Below are positions 21,442-31,936 of a DNA stretch of 64,000 nt, one piece after another. The DNA comes from Candidatus Thorarchaeota archaeon (lineage in GTDB: Archaea > Asgardarchaeota > Thorarchaeia > Thorarchaeales > Thorarchaeaceae): NCBI GenBank assembly GCA_963726195.1, contig CAVSBO010000008.1:112276-176275 (forward strand), read 5' to 3'. Numbering within the stretch: the stretch's first letter is position 1; every line of letters begins with the position of its first letter. A program made the translations under genes and the position numbers. The notes beneath the pieces were generated by a model. That model saw nothing but the letters and a program-made list of their open reading frames with translations, was not told where the DNA came from and made no database searches.

Positions 21442-22239
21442 ATGAAAGCCTCACCCATGAATGAGACCCTGAAGGTAATCGATGATCGAAAATCCTTGAG
21501 AGGGTATGACCCCCGACCCATCAGTAAGGAGCACAAGGACTGGATTATCCACAGCGCTATCCGTGCACCCACTGCGGGTGACATGATGCACTATTCGATT
21601 ATCGAGGTGGCAGACCAAGAGAAGAAGAACCAGTTAGTCAAGACATGCGACAACCAGCCCTTCATCGCAAAGGCCCCTCTTGTACTGCTGTTTCTTGCGG
21701 ACTTGCAGAGATGGTATGACTTCTTCGAGTGGTCACGCGTACCAGAGATGTGCGAAGCTCGCCATATCGAATACTCGACCCCTCAGGAATCTGACTTATT
21801 ACTTGCCTGTTGTGATGCATTGATCGCTGCAGAGAATGCTGTGATTGCAGCCGAGTCGTTAGGGATAGGCTCATGCTACATTGGTGATATAATGGAAAAC
21901 ATAGAGATCCATAGACAGATGTTTGATCTGCCGAGGTGGGTCTTCCCGATTGCGCTCCTCTGTTTCGGTTATCCGACGAAACATGAGACCAGCCGCAAGA
22001 AGACGCCTCGTTTCCCTGAGAGCTTTGTTTACTTCAAGGACAAATACTCCCGCGTGGATTGCCGGCCGTTCGACAATATGCTGTTGGAGCACTTTGGAAA
22101 GTCGGACAGCTCCTATGGAGATGCTCAGAACACAGGACAGGGTGTGTACCTGCGAAAGACAGGCTCGACGTTTGCTGCAGAAATGCGCCGTTCTGTCAAG
22201 GTCGCGTTGAAGGATTGGACTGAAAAGCCGTTCCATTGA
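21442..22239 (+). CDS. Nitroreductase-family (FMN-dependent) protein
   Basis: The N-terminus (DRKSLRGYDPRPIS...IIHSAIRAPTAGDMMHYSII) and GIGSCYIGD are typical of the nitroreductase fold. Confidence 0.75.
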   Translation: MKASPMNETLKVIDDRKSLRGYDPRPISKEHKDWIIHSAIRAPTAGDMMHYSIIEVADQEKKNQLVKTCDNQPFIAKAPLVLLFLADLQRWYDFFEWSRVPEMCEARHIEYSTPQESDLLLACCDALIAAENAVIAAESLGIGSCYIGDIMENIEIHRQMFDLPRWVFPIALLCFGYPTKHETSRKKTPRFPESFVYFKDKYSRVDCRPFDNMLLEHFGKSDSSYGDAQNTGQGVYLRKTGSTFAAEMRRSVKVALKDWTEKPFH

Positions 22240-22359
22240 TGGTCCACAGGCTGAGCATTCGGTAACTAAAAATGGCACGCATCATACGGACCAACGCCGT
22301 TGGACTTCAAGAATCCACTATGCTTGAAGCGCCTAGGCAGTTCAGGAAACTCGAACCCC

Positions 22360-24147
22360 ATGAAAGGAATGCACAACAAGCTGCTGTCAATTGACCTATC
22401 AACTGAATCATCTGAGGAAACCAACATAGATGACAGCATACTTGCCGACTATCTTGGAGGTCGAGGACTCGGAGTCCAGTTGTTCACATCCGTCGTAGAT
22501 GCTAAGACTGATCCGCTATCCGCTGACAACCGTCTCGTTTTCGCAACCGGCCCTCTGACCGGGTCGATTGTCCCTACAAGTGGCCGCTTCTCGCTTGTCA
22601 CGAAATCTCCACTGACTGGGCTGATTCTTTACTCTAACACAGGAGGCAATGTCGGGCCTGCTCTGAAGAGCACGGGCTATGATGGTCTAGTCATAACCGG
22701 ACGACTCGCAGAACCCAGCTACCTGCTGATCTCAGAGACCGGAGAATCGCTGTTTGTGCCTTGTGAGGACCTTTGGGGTCTCGATACTCAGGAAACTCAG
22801 AGCAGACTCGTATCGGCAATCAGTGGCCGGTTCCATACATTAATGGTTGGTCCGGCTGGAGAGAACGGGGTTCTGTTCGCTTCCATTATGAATGACGGCA
22901 ATCATCGCGCCTTTGGTCGGGGTGGGTCAGGAGCTGTCATGGGCGCCAAGAACCTGAAGGCCATCGTAATCAAAATGGGCAAGGCAAGACCCGAGATCGA
23001 CAAACCGGAATTGCTCTCGACTTACGTGAAGTCCGCCCGAGACAAGATGAAGGTCGCTCCAATCACGAACTCATCTCTCCCCACGTTCGGAACGGCGGGT
23101 CTGGTGAATATAATCAATGAACTCGGCATGCTAGGAATCCGGAACTTCCAAGTTGGGTATTCAGAAGAAGCAGAGAAACTCAGCGGTGAAGCAATTCGAG
23201 ATGAGATATTCCAGAAAGAGGAAGGATGCCATGCCTGTCCAATTCGTTGTGGCAGGATGACGAAGACAAGAACAATGAACGGCAAAGGTCCCGAGTTCGA
23301 ATCCACCTTGCTTGGGATGCTCACATGCATATTCGATCTTGAAACGGTTGCTGAGGCGAACTACTACTGCAACCTCCTCGGTCTGGACACAATCTCGACC
23401 GCTGGAACCATCAGCTGCGCGATGGAGCTACAAGAAAAGGGTGCTCTTGCCGATGACAGGATTCAGTTCGGAAACAAGGAACTTCTGATTCCTTTGGTGC
23501 AGGACATCGCATACAAACGTGGAATCGGAGAGGAACTGGCTTCCGGGTCTGCCCGGCTAGCAGCAAAACATGGTATGCCCGATGTGGCGATGCATGTCAA
23601 GTCGATGGAACTTCCCGCTTACGATCCCCGCGGAGCTCTTGGTCATGCGTTAGGATATGCTACGTCGAACAGAGGTGGGTGTCACTTAACAGGGTACTTG
23701 GCCGCAATGGAAGTGTTCGCGGCGCCGAAGAAAATTCCACGAGCCAGCGCGGGCAGTAAGGCCGACTTGTTAGTACTGAAGCAACATCAGAGTGCTGTCG
23801 AAGACAGTCTCGTTGTCTGCAAATTCGCGGGCTTTGCCCTTGGGTTTGATTTCTATTCTAGGTTCGTAACTGCTGCAACTGGCGAAGACTTCAACATCAC
23901 TCGCCTGATGAGAATAGGCGAACGAATCTACAATCTCGAGAGGCTATTCAACGTGAAGGCGGGGCTCACAAGGAAGGACGATACCCTACCAAAGCGATTT
24001 TTGACAGAGCCCCTCAGCGAAGGGCTATCGAAGGAAAGAACTGTGCCGCTGGAATCAATGCTTGAAGACTACTACAGACTCAGGGGTTGGGGCAAAACAG
24101 GTATTCCTTCAAAATCAAAGCTGGACGAGCTCGGAATCACATCGTAG
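22360..24147 (+). CDS. aor: Aldehyde:ferredoxin oxidoreductase (tungsten-containing AOR family), paralog 1
   Basis: LADYLGGRGLGVQLF is the AOR N-terminal signature, and the length and family-wide blocks fit AOR. The ORF track starts at 22300; the likely start is the internal Met at ~22360. Confidence 0.88.
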   Translation: MKGMHNKLLSIDLSTESSEETNIDDSILADYLGGRGLGVQLFTSVVDAKTDPLSADNRLVFATGPLTGSIVPTSGRFSLVTKSPLTGLILYSNTGGNVGPALKSTGYDGLVITGRLAEPSYLLISETGESLFVPCEDLWGLDTQETQSRLVSAISGRFHTLMVGPAGENGVLFASIMNDGNHRAFGRGGSGAVMGAKNLKAIVIKMGKARPEIDKPELLSTYVKSARDKMKVAPITNSSLPTFGTAGLVNIINELGMLGIRNFQVGYSEEAEKLSGEAIRDEIFQKEEGCHACPIRCGRMTKTRTMNGKGPEFESTLLGMLTCIFDLETVAEANYYCNLLGLDTISTAGTISCAMELQEKGALADDRIQFGNKELLIPLVQDIAYKRGIGEELASGSARLAAKHGMPDVAMHVKSMELPAYDPRGALGHALGYATSNRGGCHLTGYLAAMEVFAAPKKIPRASAGSKADLLVLKQHQSAVEDSLVVCKFAGFALGFDFYSRFVTAATGEDFNITRLMRIGERIYNLERLFNVKAGLTRKDDTLPKRFLTEPLSEGLSKERTVPLESMLEDYYRLRGWGKTGIPSKSKLDELGITS

Positions 24148-24159
24148 GAGTGGAATGAA

Positions 24160-24775
24160 ATGACGATAGACGAAGAGACCTTTCATATCTTCCAGAAGGT
24201 GGGAAAGGAAATCCTCATTCGAAATCTGGGATCGAGTCATTCAGGGAACATCTCAATCCGGTCTGGCGGTAAGATCATCATAAAGAAGCGAGCGGCCATG
24301 CTCGGATGGCTCGAACCCGAAGACCTGATTGAGTGTGGCCTGGAGAAAGATGACTCGTCATCACTGCTTGCAAGCACGGAGCTAGGTGTTCACCGTGCCA
24401 TCTACCTACAGACCGACGCAATGGCCGTTGTCCACACACACTCTCCCTACAGTGTGGTCCTCAGTATGATTGAGGACGAAATCACCTGCATCGATGCAGA
24501 AGGAGTATTCCTGTACAAGAAGGTACCAGTCGTGGAACTCAATGTTCCTTCAGGATCTTCTGAAGCGGGCAGAGAAGGTGCCTCCTTTGTTGAAGAACTA
24601 CCCTGCATGCATCGTCAGGAGTCATGGCATATTTGCGAAGGGAATCACACTGGAAGATGCTCTTCAGAATGCAACCGGGGTCGAATTCTCGGCACAGGTT
24701 CGATATCTTACAATGCTGACGGGCCGGCCCCTGAAAAGAGACTACAGCAAGGAGAAAGACTTCGGGAGCTGGTAA
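24160..24775 (+). pseudogene. Class II aldolase/adducin-family protein (L-fuculose-phosphate aldolase-like), frameshifted near 24555-24570
   Basis: The N-terminal part is in frame 1 (...AVVHTHSPYSVVLS...VVELNVPSGSSE). The C-terminal conserved block is in the +1 frame (ORF 24470..24775): LLKRAEKVPPLLKNYPACIVRSHGIFAKGITLEDALQNATGVEFSAQV. Confidence 0.65.
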
Positions 24776-24807
24776 CCAAGACGACGGAGAGCCGACAGTG
24801 ATAGTAC

Positions 24808-25254
24808 CTAACGCTTGTCTCTCCAGCACGGAAGGTTACTGCGTGCTACCACGAAACGAGCAGGTGGCCTGTTTGTGCAGAAGCAGTACCATACTGTGTT
24901 CAGAACTCGGGTACTAGTGGCAAAATAGCACTTGCGACAGTTCTTGATGGGCTCAATACGACTCTCTCTGAGGCCTGCCTTCTCTTCTAGTTTCACTAAG
25001 CCTTCTTCAATCTCTTCGTTAAGATAATACAACCCCGGTACCAAGTACTCAGCATCAGAGTCGCATCTTGGCTCTGGATCACTTCTGTGAGCCTCAATCT
25101 TGAGCCTGAGGTTCCTCTTTGTTATCTGGTCAAGATACTCTTGGTCTTCCTCCGTCCACCTGTAGATTGGATTGGGAGGAGGCGGCTCTTCTGGTTCTTT
25201 GAAACGCTTGATGTATCTGTCCAAGAGACGCATCTCTTTGCGCGGAACTCTCAC
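24808..25254 (-). CDS. Hypothetical protein
   Basis: 148-aa ORF with a proline-rich N-terminus and a Cys-rich C-terminus. I see no recognisable domain. Confidence 0.3.
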   Translation of the reverse strand: MRVPRKEMRLLDRYIKRFKEPEEPPPPNPIYRWTEEDQEYLDQITKRNLRLKIEAHRSDPEPRCDSDAEYLVPGLYYLNEEIEEGLVKLEEKAGLRESRIEPIKNCRKCYFATSTRVLNTVWYCFCTNRPPARFVVARSNLPCWRDKR

Positions 25255-25584
25255 AATTACCCCTGCCTATCTTTCAACAATCGCTCTTTATTGGGACGGA
25301 CAGTCGTTGGACTCGCACTCTCATAGACTGATGTCCTTCAGATTGGAGACTGCCCCAACCTCACAGTCGTCCCGTGAGACCATCCTTCCTTCCTAGTTAT
25401 GGGTTTTTCGCTTGAGTGTTCAAGCCTGCAGTCTGCTTACTAGATGACCCGACTATTCGAATCATTGTGCGACCAAGCTGTCAACACTGCCACATGAACT
25501 TCGCACGGTCCCCGCAAGTAAGGTGATGGAGGTCGCTTTATATCAATAAGGTTGGCCCAAACCGGCTAGGGGCAAGCAGTACTG

Positions 25585-26526
25585 ATGACGAGACCTGTGA
25601 CATACTACCTGCTACTAACAATGACCATGGCCATTTGGGGCGGAGGATGGGTAGCCAAGAAAATCATGGTCTCGATTGTGACCCCATTCATGGCAGGTTT
25701 CTTGCGATTTGGTATTGGAGGCCTGCTTCTTTCCATGCTCTTACTAGACAAACATGAGCTTCCCAAGAGACCGATCAATCGGTCGTTCGTCGGATTGGTT
25801 CTCGCGATTGGAGTGCTTGGCATCTTCGTCTATGCAACGTTTGAATTCGTCGGGGTAGGTTTGTCCACAGCGGCTCAAGGCTCCATCATAGACGGTTTGT
25901 GCCCGACAAGTATCACCATATTCGCCTTCTTGATTCACAGAGAGACCTTCGGCAACAAATGGCGATATCTGGGAATTCCATTGAGCTTCCTAGGGGTTGT
26001 GTTCGTGGTTGGAGTCCAAGCCCTCATCAAGTTCAGCCCTGAGTACTTCCTAGGCGATATGGTTCTCATAGCCGGGGCATTTCTATGGGGCTTCTATTCT
26101 TCTCTCGTGAAACAGGGACTGAAGTATACGACTCCGTTGAAGCTTACGACTGGAGCGGTTCTCGTGGGTGCCACGCTTTTCGGGCTGTCGTCTTTCCTCG
26201 AAGAGTCGCTGAACATGTTGATGTCAGTTCCTGCAATCGTATGGTTCTGTGCCTTGTATCTCGGAGCAGGATCAACCTTCGTGGGATTCGTAATCTATTA
26301 CTGGGGAATTAAGAATCTGGGCGCAACAAGGACTGGTATCTTCCTGAACCTCGTTCCGGTCTTTGGGACTGTGTTTTCGGTACTGGTCTTGGGCGAAGAC
26401 ATATACTGGACATTTCTGCTCGGGCTCCTCCTTGTAGTGGTTGGGGTCATTATGATTAACTTCCCCGAGAGGAAAGCCGAACCTGCTGGCGGCGTCTGGC
26501 CTATTGAGAACCTGTCTCAAGGATGA
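25585..26526 (+). CDS. DMT-superfamily (EamA-like) transporter
   Basis: Ten TM helices arranged as two EamA repeats. The ~310 aa length fits. Confidence 0.75.
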   Translation: MTRPVTYYLLLTMTMAIWGGGWVAKKIMVSIVTPFMAGFLRFGIGGLLLSMLLLDKHELPKRPINRSFVGLVLAIGVLGIFVYATFEFVGVGLSTAAQGSIIDGLCPTSITIFAFLIHRETFGNKWRYLGIPLSFLGVVFVVGVQALIKFSPEYFLGDMVLIAGAFLWGFYSSLVKQGLKYTTPLKLTTGAVLVGATLFGLSSFLEESLNMLMSVPAIVWFCALYLGAGSTFVGFVIYYWGIKNLGATRTGIFLNLVPVFGTVFSVLVLGEDIYWTFLLGLLLVVVGVIMINFPERKAEPAGGVWPIENLSQG

Positions 26527-26606
26527 CGGCTCTTGATTGTGTTGCTGAACGCCCGCGCTGGCTCAGATGATCGCTGCGTGAGTAGGCACATTCATTTCTC
26601 AGCTGG

Positions 26607-27563
26607 ATGTTTTTGGCGTCGGCGTTGTTTGGCATGAATCCCACTGGCGACCAGCTTTTTAGACCACTGAGAGAGCGCGGCTACAGACTGAGGATGGTAT
26701 CTGCGGAGCACATCTCCTCGTTGAAACAGGAAATTGAGGCGCGCAGCAAACAGGGTGAACTGGATCAAGAGTTCTACACCCAGCGTCTTGCTTGGTTCAA
26801 ATTCGAGTTGCCCGAGCAGCTGAAAGACGCGCAGTCAATCATTGTCGTTGCAGTTCCTCGACCACAGACCCAAGCAACTTTCACTTGGAAGGGACGAAGG
26901 AGATCACTCGTACTTCCACCTACATATACAGCCTATGACAAGATCACTCAGCAGATTGAAGCTCTATTGGGCGAACTCCTTGGAAAGAAGGGTTATCGAA
27001 TAGTTAGGACCGGTCTGCCGCTGAAGCTCTTGGCAGCGCGTAGCGGTCTGGTCCAATATGGCCGGAACAACATTACCTACGTGCATAAGATGGGAAGCTT
27101 CCTTCAGCTTGTTGCAGTCTACTCCGACATGCCCTGTGTTCAGGACTCATGGCAAGAGCCTGAAATGATGGCTGCCTGCGAATCATGCGAGCTGTGTCGC
27201 AAAGCATGTCCGACGGGTGCCATTCCGTCTGACAGGTTTCTCTTGCATGCAGAACGTTGTATCGTCTTTCACAACGAGCGGCCGGGCAATATACCATTTC
27301 CAACTTGGATGAATCCATCATGGCACAACTGCATCGAGGGCTGCCTGCACTGCCAAAGAGCTTGCCCGCTCGACCGGAAATTCATGAAGTGGATTGAGGA
27401 TGAAGAGGAATTCTCAGAGGAAGAGACAACCATGATCCTGAACGGAGTCGACCGTGAGGAACTGCCAGACGAGACAGTGAAAAAACTGGAGCATCTTTCG
27501 ATTCTTGAGGACCTTAACTTACTGCCGCGTAACTTGGGCGTCTTCTTCTGGGAGCACACTTAG
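26607..27563 (+). CDS. 4Fe-4S cluster-binding protein, possibly epoxyqueuosine-reductase (QueG)-like
   Basis: Two ferredoxin-type motifs are present: CESCELCRKACP and CIEGCLHCQRACP. The remainder is uncharacterised, so the QueG call is tentative. Confidence 0.45.
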   Translation: MFLASALFGMNPTGDQLFRPLRERGYRLRMVSAEHISSLKQEIEARSKQGELDQEFYTQRLAWFKFELPEQLKDAQSIIVVAVPRPQTQATFTWKGRRRSLVLPPTYTAYDKITQQIEALLGELLGKKGYRIVRTGLPLKLLAARSGLVQYGRNNITYVHKMGSFLQLVAVYSDMPCVQDSWQEPEMMAACESCELCRKACPTGAIPSDRFLLHAERCIVFHNERPGNIPFPTWMNPSWHNCIEGCLHCQRACPLDRKFMKWIEDEEEFSEEETTMILNGVDREELPDETVKKLEHLSILEDLNLLPRNLGVFFWEHT

Positions 27564-27753
27564 GCGGGTTTTCAATGATGCGCAACGCTTGAACAAGAAG
27601 GAACTATTCGGAGATTCAAAGTTGGGCGAAATAACGCGGTGCATCTGATGTACTGAATCATCTTGTTTCTGATGGTTCACACATCTCTCTATCTAGTGAG
27701 ATACCTCAGGGACGAGAAGATTAAACTGCGCTCTAAGTGGCCCGGCCAGACCA

Positions 27754-28035
27754 GTGTGGCAAGATTCATCAGGGCAGCGTGTTCATACGACAACATCGAC
27801 GGTGGTTCTCTTGACATGCTACTTCAGGATCATGAAAGGTCTCTTTGACGAGATTGGAGTGGAAATCACGCCCCAGAATAAGCATGAAATCGATTTGCGG
27901 ATACACAAGCTTGTAGGCGTGGACTACAAGGACTGCCCCTCCACTGGGAGAGAAGTGAAGAGGCGAATGACAGAGGACAGGGCGGCCTTTGCCGCGAGTC
28001 TTCGGGCGGCCTTGTCTGGTCTGACTCGCGGATGA
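27754..28035 (+). CDS. Small conserved-looking hypothetical protein; the real start is probably MKGLFDEIG at ~27829
   Basis: The ORF track shows it, and a T-tract (TTTTTTATT) follows at 28096. Confidence 0.3.
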   Translation: MWQDSSGQRVHTTTSTVVLLTCYFRIMKGLFDEIGVEITPQNKHEIDLRIHKLVGVDYKDCPSTGREVKRRMTEDRAAFAASLRAALSGLTRG

Positions 28036-28130
28036 ATTCACTAGATAATAGCAGAATGGTGCGGGAGGACGATTCGACTATACGATACGTCCACTGTGCT
28101 TTTTTATTCTTAGAAGTTGATTGTTTACTA

Positions 28131-29472
28131 TGCACGCTTGCAGATATAGCGTAGCTTCAGTCCTGCTTCTCGCTGTACTGTTAGTGCCGATTAATGCTGC
28201 AACATCCGTCGCGGCGTATACGACCGGACAAGAGGCGGGCAGTCTTTGGCCACACATTCAGCGAGGACTACTGGACGAATAGCTCGATTCCAATCAAGAC
28301 GGCAGATGCGAACGCCACTCTCACTACATCCTTCGTGCATGTAGGAGAGTTTCAGGCGTTTCTCATAGCCTTCAATGAAATCAACGTAACCGGCGGCCAG
28401 ACAATCGTATTGCCGTATCAGCTCTTCGGGATGCATTACAAGACTCCTGAGAACAAGGAAGTTTTCATCGGTGCCGTATTCGCATTCCTGCTTGTTCACA
28501 ACGAGACTTACGGCTCAAACAATCTCCCTGATATCGGTCACGAAGCCGCCTGGTACATCGTTCCCATAACCTCGAACAGTCCGTGGAACGTGACAGCAAA
28601 GGTCGAACCCATCCCGGCAACCCTCGTCGAACCTAACCACTATCGCTTCGGCATGCGCTACATCAACATGACCGCAAGAGTGGTGAGTGCGACTGGCGGC
28701 TTTTGGGCGTCGCTTCTTCTTCCAATCGTGACTGTGCTGTTCAGCGAGATTACCATCCAGTATGACATCACAATTTCGTCAAATGGTACTGTGAAGGCAC
28801 AGACTCTGTATACCCTTGGACAGGTAACTCATGCTCGTATCTTGGGCTTTGAGGTACCCCCTTCAAGCATAATTCAACCCACAATGGAGATCAGCGCTGT
28901 TCACTACCTTGCAGTCTTCACCAGCAAGTACAACGTTACAAGAAGCACTGACGGCACCAAGTTGGTTCCGCCCACTGCGACGACTCCATTGACTGGAAAC
29001 ATCTCAATCAGGGTGGGTAATGACAGTGAACGTGCCTTTCACATAGGTCTTGGAGAGACCTACGCACTCTACAACGAGAACCACAAACCCATGGACTCTA
29101 GTGGGCGCAAACTATCAGGCTCTCAACTGTCTTCTTGGAGCAAGGGGAAGCGACTTCCTCCTGATTGCATGGCAGGCTCCTCTCTCAGCATTTCTGTTCG
29201 CACACATGGCATATGGTCTCTCCACTCAGCTGAGGGCGACCTACTCTAGCGTTCAAGACATGGCCAACCATGTCGGGACTGCCTTCCACAACGGTCAGTG
29301 GTGGTACGCTGTCACATTCCCCACATGGCATGGACTGCGCGTACAACAGGATCCAACCTATGTTGCATACACCAACCTTGGAAACAGCCAGACTGGCGGT
29401 TCAGGGATTATTGTCGTGGCAGTCATTGTGATTGCTGTTGTTGCCTTGGTTGTGTTTGCGAGAAGACGCTGA
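28131..29472 (+). pseudogene. Secreted/cell-surface protein gene spread over three reading frames
   Basis: There are three pieces. A 50-aa signal-peptide ORF sits at 28131..28283 (MHACRYSVASVLLLAVLLVPINAATSVAAYTTG...), below the ORF-track cutoff. The body is ORF 28194..29249 in the +1 frame and is N-glycosylation rich. The tail is ORF 29050..29472 in a third frame and ends with a C-terminal TM anchor plus basic residues (GIIVVAVIVIAVVALVVFARRR). Frame junctions are near 28245 and 29085. Confidence 0.5.
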
Positions 29473-29531
29473 AGTCTTCCTAGATGACAGCAGGAGAGGG
29501 CTCGTGAGGCCTTCTCTCCTCTTTCTTTTTC

Positions 29532-31403
29532 TTATTGTCTGAGACCCGCTGACTTTAGCTTTGAATCCACGCTATGCAGACCTAGAGCGCTGAGTGTCTT
29601 AGAAGTCGGTACACCATTCTCGTCCCAACCCACGGCATGATAGTAGTTTGCTCGTGTTTTCTCGAAAGCCGCTCTGTCCACACTCTTGCCTGCATAGGGC
29701 CCCGAAGGAAGAGGTTCCCAGAATCGAGGTGGATTGTCATCATCTATTCTCGGTCTCCAAGTGACATCAGGGCCACCAAGAAGCAGCATTGTTCTCTGTA
29801 GCTGAAGTATCCTCAAGGCCTTCTTCTTGTACCATTCATCGGATGTCTGTTCCCACCCTGTGATGGCTGTATAGAACCGAAATATCTCATCATTGTCAAC
29901 GCTCTTGGCGAAGAAACAATAGACGCCAGAATCGTTTAGAATCGCGGATAGTTCTCCATGGCCTCCCTCTGTGGGGAAGTGAGCTGCGGAGCCATGGTCA
30001 CCGCCCTGCACTGAACACGCAAATCCAATGGGGCTCGATATGAAGTCCTTTCCACTCCTGATGCCGTGGCCGCCGATTTCCATGCCTTTCTCCTGAACAG
30101 CATAGTCCGTGAGGTCCACTCCCTTCATCTTTCCAATCATCTTCGCGGCCCGATAGACTCCCTGGGCCAAGATATCGCCAATTCCCTCTCGCCTGACCAC
30201 CAAATCCAGCAGCCTTTCGAAGGCCTCCACATTCCCCCACTCAAGCTCGATTCCCTGAAGGTCATCCTTTGTGAGGATGCCTCTTTGATAGAGCTCTCCT
30301 GCAAGACCGAGGACTCCTCCGCCTTGAATTCCACACAGACCGACCTCGTTGATCATGGAGGCGAAGTGGATGTTGGTCTCGGGATCGAATATGCCGAGAT
30401 TGGTTCCTCCAAAAGATTGCAGTTCGTAGTCCGGATTGTCACAGATGGTTCCCTCGTACTTCCCACTTCTCAATACAGCAAGCTTGAGACAGGTTACAGG
30501 ACAACCGAAATCTCCCCAGTACTTCTTGACCCAGAACTTGTCAAACTCGTCTCCGCTGTATGCCTCATTGTCATGCCATTCCTCTTGCCAATTCCTTATG
30601 GGCTCTGAACTGGTCCCCGAGCCAAAGTAGTATCCACCACCCCCCGTACCGTATCGTCTGAAATCCTCTCTTTCGTAGCCCTTGGCAGACATGCTCTTGT
30701 ACATCTCCGCCATGGACTCCGGGTCGTGTATCTCTGGAAGAGGTCCGAAGCCCTTAGCGACGACAGCCTTGAGATTCTTGGAGCCCATTACACCACCATA
30801 TCCACCATAGCCAGCCGCGTGGGCATACTTGGCCAGCACCACTGCCACCCTCGTCGCATTCTCTCCCGCAGGACCAATGTAGAGTATTGATGGCTCCTTG
30901 ACCTCTCCATATCCCGGTCGTTTCTTTTTGATCTCCTCAATGGACCTCTTGTTCAGATAACGCAGTGTCTCTTTGCCTCGTTTGCCCCAGATGGCTGATG
31001 CGTCCTTGATCTCGACTTGGTCTTCAAAGACAGTAATGTAACATGGTTTCTCAGCCCGTCCTGTGATTATGAGCCCGTCAATGCCTGCACATTTGAGGTC
31101 GACACCGAACTCGCCCGCGACGGTTGAGCCTACGACACCATTGCATTGAGGCGACTTGCCCGAAACACAAATCTTCGTGCCAGGAAAATACCCTGTAAGA
31201 GGACCCGTGAGCATCAGCAGGATATTCTCTGGACCGAGCGGGTCCACCTCCTCCCATCTTCTACCCAGTCTGTTCCAAAGAATCCTTGCGGCCAACCCTC
31301 GGCCCCCGACATAGTCCCTTAGCATACGGTCCGGGAAGTTCCTCTCCTTGATTTCACGAGATGAGAGGTCGATGTCTAGGAATTTGCCAGCATATCCCCT
31401 CAT
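29532..31403 (-). CDS. aor: Aldehyde:ferredoxin oxidoreductase (tungsten-containing AOR family), paralog 2
   Basis: LRDYVGGRGLAARILWN is present, and AOR-family blocks run throughout. The likely start (MRGYAGKFLDIDLS) has its ATG at 31401-31403, overlapping the stop of the upstream ferredoxin gene (ATGA). Confidence 0.88.
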   Translation of the reverse strand: MRGYAGKFLDIDLSSREIKERNFPDRMLRDYVGGRGLAARILWNRLGRRWEEVDPLGPENILLMLTGPLTGYFPGTKICVSGKSPQCNGVVGSTVAGEFGVDLKCAGIDGLIITGRAEKPCYITVFEDQVEIKDASAIWGKRGKETLRYLNKRSIEEIKKKRPGYGEVKEPSILYIGPAGENATRVAVVLAKYAHAAGYGGYGGVMGSKNLKAVVAKGFGPLPEIHDPESMAEMYKSMSAKGYEREDFRRYGTGGGGYYFGSGTSSEPIRNWQEEWHDNEAYSGDEFDKFWVKKYWGDFGCPVTCLKLAVLRSGKYEGTICDNPDYELQSFGGTNLGIFDPETNIHFASMINEVGLCGIQGGGVLGLAGELYQRGILTKDDLQGIELEWGNVEAFERLLDLVVRREGIGDILAQGVYRAAKMIGKMKGVDLTDYAVQEKGMEIGGHGIRSGKDFISSPIGFACSVQGGDHGSAAHFPTEGGHGELSAILNDSGVYCFFAKSVDNDEIFRFYTAITGWEQTSDEWYKKKALRILQLQRTMLLLGGPDVTWRPRIDDDNPPRFWEPLPSGPYAGKSVDRAAFEKTRANYYHAVGWDENGVPTSKTLSALGLHSVDSKLKSAGLRQ

Positions 31404-31936
31404 TCTTCCCAGACCTCCTTCAGTGTTTTTTCTCCGAGGATGGTTGTGCCAGTCTCGCGCGTCAGCTGCTGAGGCGTCTCCGGTTGCTGCTTGGCTTGTC
31501 CTTGCTTGCCTTGCCACGATAACGTTAGTGCATTCCACTTTCCTTCTGTGCATGTTCTTACGCACTCTGGGTCTCCACCGCACAAATCGCATATCACTAC
31601 GCGACTCCCATCAGGGTGCAGATGTGGAACGCGGCCCGGGCAAGCATCAATACAATTACCGCAGGTAGTGCAGAGGGAGTCGTCCACATTGATTGCTCCG
31701 GTCTGTTCGTTGACCGACAAGGCTCCCTCGGGACATGCTTCAACACACTTTGGATCATCACACTGAAAACAAAGATGCGGTATCTCAATGCCAGGAACAA
31801 ACATGAACACGCGGACCCTTGACGCTTCTGGCCAAATCCGCTCCTCATGGGACAGCGAACATGCAATCTCGCATCTTCTGCATCCACTACACAGCAGGTA
31901 GTCTCGATTGACCCACACTTGTCTCGGTCGAGTCAT
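31400..31936 (-). CDS. Polyferredoxin-like 4Fe-4S protein, probable electron-transfer partner of AOR
   Basis: Four Cys clusters are present: CSGCRRCEIAC, CFQCDDPKCVEACP, CTTCGNCIDACP and CDLCGGDPECVRTC. The gene is translationally coupled to the AOR. Confidence 0.8.
   Translation of the reverse strand: MTRPRQVWVNRDYLLCSGCRRCEIACSLSHEERIWPEASRVRVFMFVPGIEIPHLCFQCDDPKCVEACPEGALSVNEQTGAINVDDSLCTTCGNCIDACPGRVPHLHPDGSRVVICDLCGGDPECVRTCTEGKWNALTLSWQGKQGQAKQQPETPQQLTRETGTTILGEKTLKEVWEE

Noticed and set aside
22300-22359. First 20-24 codons of the AOR-1 ORF, and the first 63 codons of the AOR-2 ORF (31404-31592)
   Set aside because: AOR family N-termini begin right at the '…LxIDLS…' block. The internal Met starts give typical lengths. 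For AOR-2 the internal start also creates an ATGA overlap with the upstream ferredoxin.
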